A DNA stretch of 64,000 nucleotides, taken from NCBI GenBank assembly GCA_963836185.1, contig CAWIIQ010000001.1, positions 1,664,001-1,728,000 of the forward strand. The letters are read 5' to 3'. Under the pieces are notes generated by a model. That model made no database searches and had not been told where the DNA came from. It saw nothing but the letters and a program-made list of their open reading frames with translations. The DNA comes from Candidatus Krumholzibacteriia bacterium. GTDB lineage: Bacteria; Krumholzibacteriota; Krumholzibacteriia; Krumholzibacteriales; Krumholzibacteriaceae. Position numbers and translations under genes: made by a program. Below are positions 1 to 11,465 of this stretch, one piece after another (the stretch's first letter is position 1; the number at the start of each line of letters is the position of its first letter).

Positions 1-2
1 TC

Positions 3-581
3 AGGTTCCTGGAATGGCTTCTGTTCGGCATCAAGATCTACGGCTCTGATAACCTTCGCTTCGCGGAGGCCTTCTTTTTCGCTTCGAACCACATATCGTA
101 CTACGATCCACCTATGGTCGGGTCGACATTCAAGCGGGAACTCTGGATAATTGCCAAGAAGGAACTCTTCAGGAACAGAGCATTCGGATGGCTCATCAGT
201 AAGGTAAATGCGATACCGATCGACAGGGACGGCTTCACAAGGTCGACTCTCAAGGCTATCGATAAGGCTTTCGAAGCTGGAGACTCATTGCTGATGTTTC
301 CAGAGGGGACAAGATCAAAGACCGGAAGGCTGAAGGAATTCAAGCCGGGTATCGGTATGATCGCCTATCGGTCGGGGAAGAGCATAATCCCGGCTTACAT
401 TTCCGGAACGGACGCGCTGAAGGAGTGCTTCCTCAGAAAACGCCGCCTCAGTGTCCGTATTGGCAGAGCGATACGGATACCGGAAGAATATCAATCTGAA
501 GACAGAAAGAAAGACTACGAGATCCTCTCGATGATGATCTATGAGGCGATGAAGATGCTGGAGGATGAGACATATGCTTGA
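3..581 (+). CDS. plsC: 1-acyl-sn-glycerol-3-phosphate acyltransferase (5' partial)
   Basis: Frame is open from the window edge; NHISYYD (NHxxxxD) motif upstream of the ORF-track start; FPEGTRS motif. Confidence 0.9.
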   Translation, partial: RFLEWLLFGIKIYGSDNLRFAEAFFFASNHISYYDPPMVGSTFKRELWIIAKKELFRNRAFGWLISKVNAIPIDRDGFTRSTLKAIDKAFEAGDSLLMFPEGTRSKTGRLKEFKPGIGMIAYRSGKSIIPAYISGTDALKECFLRKRRLSVRIGRAIRIPEEYQSEDRKKDYEILSMMIYEAMKMLEDETYA

Positions 582-1422
582 AGTGATCGTCTCGCCCATC
601 ACCGGCTTCTGCTTCGGAGTAAAGAGAGCGATGAGCCTTATAGACGAGGGCCTCGGTGATGGAGGGAAGACGTTATATTCCATCGGGGACGTCATTCACA
701 ACCCGCAGGCGGTCGATGACCTCAGATCAAGGGGAGTGATCCCCGTCTCATCCATGGATGAACTGTCCGAGGGAGATACTCTGATCATAAGAGCTCACGG
801 TGTGATGCCCGAGCTTATCGAAAAGGCACGCGGCAGGGGGATCGATCTGATCGATACTACTTGTCCTTTTGTCCAGAAAAGCCAGAAATACGTTCGCAGG
901 ATGGCAGCTGAGGGAAGAAAGGTCATAATCATCGGAGACAGCAGCCATCCCGAGGTACGCGCCATATCCGGCCAGGCCGGGCCCGATCCGGTCATCATAT
1001 CCACACTTGAGGAAGCACAGGCGCTCTCAGGGATCGATTGTGCCGGAGTAGTGGTTCAGACCACACTTTCGCGCGAAAAAGCGATGAGGATCGTCGAGCA
1101 GCTCGAGAAGAATATCGATGACCTGAGGGTTCATGACACTATCTGTCAGGCTACGGTACTGAGGCGAGAAGCGACACTGGAACTTGCCCGCGATGTAGAC
1201 ATGGTGCTTGTCGTCGGCGGAAAAGGCAGTTCCAACACCAAGAGGCTCTTCCAGATGTGCTCAGAGGAGGGCATAACCGCCAGATTCATCGAAACAGCGG
1301 AGGAAATCGACCCTTCCTGGTTCGACGACGGGAACAGGGTCGGGCTGACGACAGGGACGTCGACTCCCGACTGGGTAATAGAAGAGGTCCTCTCCCGCCT
1401 GGGCCAGATATCCGACTGCTGA
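574..1422 (+). CDS. ispH: 4-hydroxy-3-methylbut-2-enyl diphosphate reductase
   Basis: GFCFGVKRA, IHNP, AHG, DTTCPFV, TICQAT, SSNT, GTSTP motifs; GGAGGA precedes ATG 574. Confidence 0.97.
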   Translation: MLEVIVSPITGFCFGVKRAMSLIDEGLGDGGKTLYSIGDVIHNPQAVDDLRSRGVIPVSSMDELSEGDTLIIRAHGVMPELIEKARGRGIDLIDTTCPFVQKSQKYVRRMAAEGRKVIIIGDSSHPEVRAISGQAGPDPVIISTLEEAQALSGIDCAGVVVQTTLSREKAMRIVEQLEKNIDDLRVHDTICQATVLRREATLELARDVDMVLVVGGKGSSNTKRLFQMCSEEGITARFIETAEEIDPSWFDDGNRVGLTTGTSTPDWVIEEVLSRLGQISDC

Positions 1423-1451
1423 AACACCTTAAAACAGCCCCCAGAATTCAC

Positions 1452-1480
1452 TTGCGATCAATCGAAAAAGCACATATCAT
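1452..1480 (+). promoter_or_regulatory. sigma70-type promoter of rpsA
   Basis: TTGCGA-17 nt-TATCAT. Confidence 0.55.
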
Positions 1481-1518
1481 TCTTCATTAAATCCATTTTG
1501 AAAGGGGAGATAGCTAAA

Positions 1519-3606
1519 ATGCAGGAAGAAACATTCGAGTCGACACAGCATGACCCCGGGATACCCGGGACAATGGAGAAAAAGGAGGGTGGAGACCCTG
1601 CGGGCAGGAACAACCTGTCGTATCTCAAGATCTTTGATCAGGTCAGCGAGGAAGAACTCGAAGACCGGGAGCCTACCGAAGAAGACTGGCTCAAAATGGT
1701 GGACGCGTTACCCGCCGAGATCCAGGAGCTTAAAGAGGGCAAGATCGTCAAGGGGACCGTCTATTCCGTGAGTGAAAAGGAAGTCATCCTCGACGTCGGA
1801 TTCAAGAGCGAGGGTACGATTCCTATCGCTGAATTCGCCAACTGCGCAGAAGTCAAGCACGGCGATGCCTTCGATGTCTTTCTCGAGAAGATGGAGAACC
1901 AGGACGGGCTTATCGTCCTCTCCAAGATCAAGGCCGATTTCCTCAAGGCCTGGGACGAGATCAAGGATTCATACGACAGCGGCCGGGTCGTTACCGCGAC
2001 CGTCGACAGACGGATCAAGGGCGGACTGGTCGTCAAGCTCATGGGCGTCGATGCGTTCCTTCCCGGATCGCAGATCGCGCTCAGGCAGGTTCCCAACCTT
2101 GACGAGATGCTCAGTGAGGATCTCGACTGCAAGATCATCAAGCTCAACAAGAGGCGCCGCAACATCGTCGTCTCTCGCAGGGTGGTCCTGGAAGAGGAAC
2201 GCGAAGAGAAGAAGAAGACTCTGCTTGCCGAGCTCGAAGTCGGCCAGGAGAGAGAGGGAGTCGTCAAGAACATCACCGATTTCGGCGCATTCGTCGATCT
2301 CGGCGGTATCGACGGCCTTCTCCATCTCACCGACCTCACCTGGGGCCGTGTGAGCCATCCTTCGGAAGTAGTCGCGATCAGCGACAAACTCAAGATCAAG
2401 ATCCTCGACTTCGACCGGGAGAGGGAGAGAATCTCTCTCGGCCTCAAGCAGCTCACCCCGTATCCCTGGGAGGGTGTCGATGAGCGATATCCCATCGGGA
2501 AGAAGATGCGAGGCAAGGTCGTATCGATCACCGACTACGGCGCATTCGTCGAGCTGGAAAAGGGTATCGAGGGTCTGATCCATATCTCCGAGATGTCATG
2601 GACAAGGCATGTCAAGCACCCCTCGAAGGTCGTCGCTATAGGCGATACCGTAGAGGCCGTGGTGCTTAACGTCGACAAGGAGCATGAGAAGATCTCGCTC
2701 GGTCTCAAGCAGCTCGAGCCGGATCCGTGGAAGGCTCTCGAGAGCAAGTACCCTCCCGGCACGAGGCTCAGGGGCAAGGTCCGAAACCTTACCAACTTCG
2801 GAGCTTTCGTCGAGATAGAGGACGGCATCGACGGCCTGGTCCATATTTCGGATATGTCATGGGCCAAGAGGATCCGGCATCCATCAGAGATGGTCAAGAA
2901 GGGCGACGACGTGGAAGTCGTTGTACTCGAGATAGACAGCGACAAGAGACGCATCAGCCTCGGCATGAAGCAGACACGGGAAAATCCCTGGACCGAACTC
3001 GCGACCGAATTCAATATCGGCACTGAGACTGACGGTCTGATCACCCGTATCCTCGACAGGGGCGCGGTTGTAGAACTGCGTGACGATGTCGAGGGATTTG
3101 TTCCCCTTTCGCACCTTGGTGTTGAAGGTATGAAGCAGCCTGCCGAGTTTTTCGACAACAACATGACGCTGCCGCTCAAGGTCATCAAGGTCGATCCTCA
3201 GAACAAGCGGATCGTCCTGAGCGTAAATGCCTACTTTGAGGGAAGGAGTGCGGAGGAGCTGGCCGAGTACAGAGAAGCTCATCCCCGCCGTGCCGAAGCC
3301 GTGCCTGATGAGCCGGCAGAGAAGCCTGTCGAGGAGAAGGCAGCCGCTGAAACCATCATTGATGATTATGATGACATCGATGATATCGACATACCGGTCG
3401 AAGAGACTGCTCCGGCAACCGAACCTGAAGCAGTCGAAGAAGCCGTCGTCGAGGAAGCGCCTGTGGTGGAGGAAGCTCCAGTACCGACAGAAGAGCCTGC
3501 AGTGGAAGAGGCTCCAGCCGAACCTGTATCTGAAGAGCCGGAGGCTCCGGCCGCGGATCTGCAGGAAGAAACGGAAGAACCTGAAGATAAAAAGGGGACC
3601 GAATAG
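1519..3606 (+). CDS. rpsA: 30S ribosomal protein S1 with acidic C-terminal tail
   Basis: Repeated S1 domains (DFGAFVDLGGIDGLLH, DYGAFVELEKGIEGLIH, NFGAFVEIEDGIDGLVH); GGGGAG before ATG 1519. Confidence 0.97.
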   Translation: MQEETFESTQHDPGIPGTMEKKEGGDPAGRNNLSYLKIFDQVSEEELEDREPTEEDWLKMVDALPAEIQELKEGKIVKGTVYSVSEKEVILDVGFKSEGTIPIAEFANCAEVKHGDAFDVFLEKMENQDGLIVLSKIKADFLKAWDEIKDSYDSGRVVTATVDRRIKGGLVVKLMGVDAFLPGSQIALRQVPNLDEMLSEDLDCKIIKLNKRRRNIVVSRRVVLEEEREEKKKTLLAELEVGQEREGVVKNITDFGAFVDLGGIDGLLHLTDLTWGRVSHPSEVVAISDKLKIKILDFDRERERISLGLKQLTPYPWEGVDERYPIGKKMRGKVVSITDYGAFVELEKGIEGLIHISEMSWTRHVKHPSKVVAIGDTVEAVVLNVDKEHEKISLGLKQLEPDPWKALESKYPPGTRLRGKVRNLTNFGAFVEIEDGIDGLVHISDMSWAKRIRHPSEMVKKGDDVEVVVLEIDSDKRRISLGMKQTRENPWTELATEFNIGTETDGLITRILDRGAVVELRDDVEGFVPLSHLGVEGMKQPAEFFDNNMTLPLKVIKVDPQNKRIVLSVNAYFEGRSAEELAEYREAHPRRAEAVPDEPAEKPVEEKAAAETIIDDYDDIDDIDIPVEETAPATEPEAVEEAVVEEAPVVEEAPVPTEEPAVEEAPAEPVSEEPEAPAADLQEETEEPEDKKGTE

Positions 3607-3639
3607 GCTCCCTGACTATCTATTCAGTTCATTGATCAG

Positions 3640-3673
3640 AAGTGAGGGTGGTGTTCCCACCCTCATTTCTTTT
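3640..3673 (+). terminator. Rho-independent terminator after rpsA
   Basis: TGAGGGTGG/CCACCCTCA stem followed by TTTCTTTT. Confidence 0.8.
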
Positions 3674-3694
3674 CCAGCTTCATGGAGACTGGCT

Positions 3695-4996
3695 TTGACT
3701 GGAATCACTGATATTATAAATCCCACATTCTCGATCACCACGCTGGGGTGCAAACTTAATCAGTATGAATCGGAATGCATCCGGCAGGCCCTGGTTTCAA
3801 AGGACTGGGAATTCAGAGCCTTCGGCGAGAACGCTGATTACTACATCATAAATACCTGTACAGTGACGGGGCGAACCGATTCGAGGTGCCGGAACGCTAT
3901 CAGGAGAGCGAGAAAGTACGCGCCCGATTCCACTATCATCGTCACGGGATGCTATGCCGAGACCCAGGCTGAGATACTGGAAAAGATGGCCGAGACAGAC
4001 ATGGTCATTGGCAACGGGGAAAAGGATTCTATCGTTCGTACACTTGAAAGACTTGCCGGGCGGCCGGTATCCGAAGAATCAGACATCCTGGACATCGCCG
4101 ACTTCAGCGAACACTCCAGAGCATTCATTAAAATACAGGAGGGATGCGATGCGTCCTGCACATACTGCATCATACCGAAAGCCAGGGGCAGGAGTCGAAG
4201 CGTACCGTTCGACCGTGTCCTCGCACAGATCAGAAAACTCGTAGATAACGGTATCGAGGAGATCGTTCTCACCGGCATTCATATCGGCAGATACGGCAGG
4301 GATCTCAGCGGCGGCCCCTCTCTCGATGGCCTCATAGAGTCTCTCCTGTCCGAAACAGACTCGCTGCGGATAAGATTGAGCAGCATTGAGGTCAACGAAG
4401 TCACCGACGGAATACTCAATATTATTTCAAGCACCGAAAGGCTCGCGCCACATCTTCATATTCCTCTGCAGAGCGGAGATGACGCAATACTCAATGCGAT
4501 GAACAGGCCTTATGACACGGCATTCTTCAGAGAAAGGATAGAGGCTCTCAGAGCACTGTCGGATGGCATAGGAATAGGGACAGACATAATAACCGGATTC
4601 CCCGGCGAGGACGATTCGAGCTTCAGAAATACATTCGAATTCGTCAGGGATCTTCCCCTGACCTACTTCCACGTATTCTCTTTCTCCAAACGTCCCGGCA
4701 CTCCGGCCGCGAGCATGGATGGACAGGTCGATCCTGAAACGCGGAAACGCCGCAGCAGAAAACTCATCGATCTCGGCAGATCGAAAAAGAGAGAATTCAT
4801 GAGATCATGCACTGGCAGACGCGAGCTTGCCGTGATCCAGGGAAAGGCAAAACGTTTCTCGCGCTTTTCAACGGCGCTTACCGGAAATTACTGCGAGGTC
4901 AGTGTCGACTCATCTTCTTCCCTCAACGGAAGACTTGTCCCCGTCGAGATCACTCACTATTCCAGGGGAAGGCTTTATGGAAGGACCGGACCATGA
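3695..4996 (+). CDS. mtaB: tRNA t6A37 methylthiotransferase
   Basis: TLGCKLNQYES, NTCTVT, CDASCTYC radical SAM motif; start moved to TTG 3695 behind GGAG (the ORF-track extension overlaps rpsA). Confidence 0.92.
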   Translation: MTGITDIINPTFSITTLGCKLNQYESECIRQALVSKDWEFRAFGENADYYIINTCTVTGRTDSRCRNAIRRARKYAPDSTIIVTGCYAETQAEILEKMAETDMVIGNGEKDSIVRTLERLAGRPVSEESDILDIADFSEHSRAFIKIQEGCDASCTYCIIPKARGRSRSVPFDRVLAQIRKLVDNGIEEIVLTGIHIGRYGRDLSGGPSLDGLIESLLSETDSLRIRLSSIEVNEVTDGILNIISSTERLAPHLHIPLQSGDDAILNAMNRPYDTAFFRERIEALRALSDGIGIGTDIITGFPGEDDSSFRNTFEFVRDLPLTYFHVFSFSKRPGTPAASMDGQVDPETRKRRSRKLIDLGRSKKREFMRSCTGRRELAVIQGKAKRFSRFSTALTGNYCEVSVDSSSSLNGRLVPVEITHYSRGRLYGRTGP

Positions 4997-6297
4997 GTTC
5001 GAGGAAGGTCTACCTGGAATCTTTCGGCTGCCAGATGAACGCCTTCGATTCAGAGGTTCTCGAATCCATGCTGGAGGGCGAAGGATTTGTGATCTCTGAT
5101 GACCCTTCGACGGCTGACGCGATCCTGGTCAATACGTGCAGCGTAAGGGAAAATGCCGAGAGAAGAGCGATCGGGCGCCTCAATGATCTCTCCCGGAACA
5201 AAGACGCCGTCCTGGCAGTCTGCGGCTGCATGGCACAGAGACTCGGAGACAAACTGTTCGATCTCGTACCGGCTCTGGACGTCATCGCCGGACCGGACAC
5301 CTATTCGGAACTCCCATCCGCTATCCTGGCTGTCATCTCGGGAGAGAGAAGGACAGTCCTTGTCGAAAGTGACGCGACTGTGACCTACAGGCTTGGAAAC
5401 GTTTCCGGCTCATCTCCTTCCAGGTATCTTTCTATTACACGAGGCTGTGAGAACTTCTGCTCCTACTGCATCGTTCCGTACGTAAGGGGGAAGGTCAGAA
5501 GCAAAGGGACAGCGGCAGTCATAGAGGACCTGAGGATTCTCGCCGCGGCGGGAGCAAAAGAGGTGACACTTCTCGGTCAGAACGTGATGGCTTACCGTTC
5601 CGGAGATGTCGGGTTCACCGGGCTCCTCGGCGAAATACTAAAAGAGACAGATATAGAGAGGATCAGATTCCTTACTACTCATCCCAGGGATGTGAATGAA
5701 GGTATTTTCACTCTGATGTCTCAAAACAGACGGATATGCCCGCATATACATCTTCCATTCCAGTCTGGAAGCGACCGGATACTCTCCCTGATGAACAGAG
5801 GGTATACCAGATCGGAATATCTCGACATCATCGACAGGGCAAAAGAGATCTGCCCCGATATATCTTTCACGACTGATGTAATCGTCGGGTTTCCCGGCGA
5901 AACGACCGGCGACTTCGAAGAGACTCTCGCTATTGTCGAGAAAGTGAGATATGACTCTGCGTTTACATTCAAATACTCCCCGAGAGAAGGAACCGAGTCC
6001 GAGGGAATGAAGGACGATGTCCCCACCGAAGTAAAAAAGGAAAGGCTGGAGACGCTGAATGCCGCCATCCAGCGTATAAGGAGGGAGGTCATGGTCTCCC
6101 GGCTGGGATCAACAGAGGAAATCCTCCTTGACGCTCACGTCAAAAAGGGAGAATATCAATATCTGAAAGGAAGAACCCCCCATTTCAGGAACGTACTTGT
6201 CGGTCCGGAAAACCGGAACCCGGGGGATATCATAAACGTAGTACTCAAGGAACTGAGCAACTTTACTTTTATCGGTGAAGAGATCACTGGGAGGTAA
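4993..6297 (+). CDS. miaB: tRNA i6A37 methylthiotransferase
   Basis: FGCQMNAFDS, NTCSVRENAE, CENFCSYCIVP, TRAM-like C-terminus; ATGA overlap with mtaB. Confidence 0.95.
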   Translation: MSSRKVYLESFGCQMNAFDSEVLESMLEGEGFVISDDPSTADAILVNTCSVRENAERRAIGRLNDLSRNKDAVLAVCGCMAQRLGDKLFDLVPALDVIAGPDTYSELPSAILAVISGERRTVLVESDATVTYRLGNVSGSSPSRYLSITRGCENFCSYCIVPYVRGKVRSKGTAAVIEDLRILAAAGAKEVTLLGQNVMAYRSGDVGFTGLLGEILKETDIERIRFLTTHPRDVNEGIFTLMSQNRRICPHIHLPFQSGSDRILSLMNRGYTRSEYLDIIDRAKEICPDISFTTDVIVGFPGETTGDFEETLAIVEKVRYDSAFTFKYSPREGTESEGMKDDVPTEVKKERLETLNAAIQRIRREVMVSRLGSTEEILLDAHVKKGEYQYLKGRTPHFRNVLVGPENRNPGDIINVVLKELSNFTFIGEEITGR

Positions 6298-6302
6298 GAC
6301 AG

Positions 6303-6629
6303 GTGTGGATCTTAAGAGGGATCATACTCCTGATCGGCGTAATTGCCCTCGTGTGGCTGGGTATGCTTAATGCCGACCAGAAGGTAGCTGAATTTCATCT
6401 GTTCAACTGGACATTCCATCAACTGCCTGTAAACATAATACTGGTTATTACCTTCCTTGCAGGCATGCTCGTCTGGGCTATCGGCGGATGGGTCAGGGAA
6501 GCCCAGCTTCTGCTTCGAATAAACAAGGAAAAGAAGAACTGCCGGAGGCTTCAGGACGAGATCGAGGCTCTTCGAAACCTGCCCCTGGAAGAAGAATCCG
6601 TGGATGTCCTTCCTGAGGACACGCCCTGA
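6303..6629 (+). CDS. lapA: LapA-family LPS assembly membrane protein
   Basis: Two TM segments plus coiled-coil tail, directly upstream of a LapB-like gene. Confidence 0.75.
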   Translation: MWILRGIILLIGVIALVWLGMLNADQKVAEFHLFNWTFHQLPVNIILVITFLAGMLVWAIGGWVREAQLLLRINKEKKNCRRLQDEIEALRNLPLEEESVDVLPEDTP

Positions 6630-6644
6630 CAGGAGCATCACCGT

Positions 6645-7790
6645 ATGGATACCCTTAATATCAGGTTGATTGTAATCGGAGTACTTGCTTTCGCCGTTGT
6701 ACTTCTGTCAGTGATAGTGCTCCTGCAGAGAAAGAAAAGGGGAGGAGCGAGACGGAGTAAGTACATCGAAGCGCTCTACGCACTGATCGATGGCAGGAAG
6801 GACGACGCGTACTCTTTTCTGGCGTCCGCCGTCCGTAACGGCGAAGACGATATCGACGCGTATATTCAACTCGGCAAATTGATGCGTGAAAGAGGGCAGG
6901 TCGAAAAGGCACTCCAGCTCCATCGTGGACTCACCGTCAGGCCAGGCCTGACATATGATGATGAAAAAGCCATTCAACTCTCGATTGCGGAAGACCTCGC
7001 CGCGCTGGGCAGGACAGAGCGGGCGATAACAGCGCTTGAGACGGTCCGTAAAAAGAGAAAAGACGCCGATGTGCTCGCAGCCCTTCACCGGCTCTATCAC
7101 ACCCAGGGAGATTTCGAGAACTCGTATGGAGCAATGCGCGAACTTTCCCGTGTCGACGACGCGGTCACGCCGCATATGAGGTCATCCTATCTTACATCCG
7201 TCGCCTGCGCATTACTGGAAACAGGAAATAATGATGAAGCCGGTAAATATCTCGACAAGGCGAGAAAGGAAGACGCATCGTGCCCTGGCGCGCTTTATCT
7301 AAGCGCCGGGCTTGCTATGGATAAAGGCGATCTTAACAGGGCCGTAAAGATGTGGGAAGGACTTCTCTCGATCGATATGGGTTATTTCCCCGAGGTTGCC
7401 GCACTGCTCGAAAAGGCGCTTTTTGAATCGGGAAGGTTTGACGAACTCGAGGGTATTCTTTTAAGACTCCTGGAGAAATATCCGTCCGACGCTCTTTTAC
7501 TTTCGACCCTGGCCGGTTTCTACGCCAAGAAGGGTGAGATATCCCGAGGTATCGATCTGCTTGAAGGCGAGAGAGGCAGGATGACAGGAGACAGGATACT
7601 GGCAATCTCCCTCGCCTCACTTTACATCAAGAGTGGAAGAGTCGATGAAGGGCTCAGCGTTCTTGAGGAAAATGACAAGGTTCCATCCTCCGCCGGCACG
7701 TGGAAATGCGGCAGGTGCGGAGAGACTTACGGTACCAGTCTTGGTTTCTGCAGGGCATGCTGCAGTTACGATTCCATAAGTAAAAAATGA
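6645..7790 (+). CDS. lapB: LapB-like TPR protein with C-terminal rubredoxin-type motif
   Basis: N-terminal TM, TPR repeats (LGKLMRERGQVEKALQLH), CGRCG...CRAC. Confidence 0.85.
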   Translation: MDTLNIRLIVIGVLAFAVVLLSVIVLLQRKKRGGARRSKYIEALYALIDGRKDDAYSFLASAVRNGEDDIDAYIQLGKLMRERGQVEKALQLHRGLTVRPGLTYDDEKAIQLSIAEDLAALGRTERAITALETVRKKRKDADVLAALHRLYHTQGDFENSYGAMRELSRVDDAVTPHMRSSYLTSVACALLETGNNDEAGKYLDKARKEDASCPGALYLSAGLAMDKGDLNRAVKMWEGLLSIDMGYFPEVAALLEKALFESGRFDELEGILLRLLEKYPSDALLLSTLAGFYAKKGEISRGIDLLEGERGRMTGDRILAISLASLYIKSGRVDEGLSVLEENDKVPSSAGTWKCGRCGETYGTSLGFCRACCSYDSISKK

Positions 7791-8809
7791 CAGCACTCAC
7801 AAAAGCAGCCATGTTCGTGGCCGTGACAACGGCACTGTTCCCCGGAGACGCCGGTGGAGCCGGCCTGCGGACTATCCGCGGTCAGTTCAACCGCAAGGAA
7901 TACACTGCCGCCGAAAAGAGCCTTCGAGAGGAGCTTCCCGGAATGCGAGGCAGGACCCGCGATCAGGCGAGGCTGCTTCTCGCGGATCTCGAAACAGACG
8001 CCGGCAGCGCAGCCTCGACCCTGGAAGACGTCATCAATGCGGGTGACGACAGGGAAGCCCTTAAGGCGCGCATGGAACTGGCCAAGATACATTACTCTAC
8101 CGGCCAGTACCATCAGGCCATCCGGCTTCTGGAGGGCATCCGGGCCGAAGGACGGGGCGGAGATAAATATGAAGCCGTCTATTTCAGGGGACTCTCAAGG
8201 AAACAGCTCGGCGATCTCGATGGCGCAAGAAGGGACTTTGAGAGAGTCGACAGGGGAGACTACCTGCATTGGAGTTATATCGCCCTTGCCGAGATAGATA
8301 TCCGCTCTGGCAGGATCAGTGAAGCGGTAGACCGGTACGAGACGATAGCCGCCGGTCATTCCAGTCCGATAGCCGGATTCCGTCTGGGTGAATGTTACGA
8401 GTTGACCGGAGAGAGAGAAAAAGCACTTCAGACTTACAGAAACGTGGCAAGAAATTTCCCGGGTTCCCCGGAAGCTCCCAAGGCCAGGGAAAAAGTACAG
8501 ATGATAGATTCATCGCTGCAGCGGTCTGGACCGGAAACAAGGGTGGAGGGAGGTGAAGTGGGAGAGATCCCTTCCGCCGGGTACACGCTTCAGTTCGGGG
8601 CCTTCAGCGAAAAAGAGAATGCCCATGCGTTCATCTCTGATCTGAACTCGATGATAGACGATCTGCATATCGAAGTCGCCGAAAGCGGCGGCGGCCTCTG
8701 GTATCGAGTACGCGCCGGGAAATACGTTTCACGTGAGGCGGCTGAAGAGGCTGCCCTGAAGATCATGGAACGCACAGGTTATTCGAGCAAGGTCCTCCCT
8801 CTTGATTAG
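7787..8809 (+). CDS. TPR + SPOR domain protein
   Basis: TPR-like helices, YTLQFGAFSEKENA and WYRVRAG SPOR motifs. Confidence 0.85.
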   Translation: MTALTKAAMFVAVTTALFPGDAGGAGLRTIRGQFNRKEYTAAEKSLREELPGMRGRTRDQARLLLADLETDAGSAASTLEDVINAGDDREALKARMELAKIHYSTGQYHQAIRLLEGIRAEGRGGDKYEAVYFRGLSRKQLGDLDGARRDFERVDRGDYLHWSYIALAEIDIRSGRISEAVDRYETIAAGHSSPIAGFRLGECYELTGEREKALQTYRNVARNFPGSPEAPKAREKVQMIDSSLQRSGPETRVEGGEVGEIPSAGYTLQFGAFSEKENAHAFISDLNSMIDDLHIEVAESGGGLWYRVRAGKYVSREAAEEAALKIMERTGYSSKVLPLD

Positions 8810-11392
<2,583 letters not shown>

Positions 11393-11399
11393 GCCCTGA

Positions 11400-11415
11400 T
11401 GGCTTGGTTCTTGCT
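11400..11415 (+). promoter_or_regulatory. sigma54 (-24/-12) promoter
   Basis: TGGCTTGGTTCTTGCT versus consensus TGGCACG-N4-TTGCW, in the short intergenic gap. Confidence 0.6.
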
Positions 11416-11465
11416 CATTTTCTCACCGGAAAAGCGTGTTTCAGGGTATCTTTCCGGAGGGAAAA

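Noticed and set aside
3227-3694. N-terminal extension of mtaB in the ORF track
   Set aside because: Overlaps the rpsA tail and its terminator; recognisable MtaB sequence begins only after TTG 3695.
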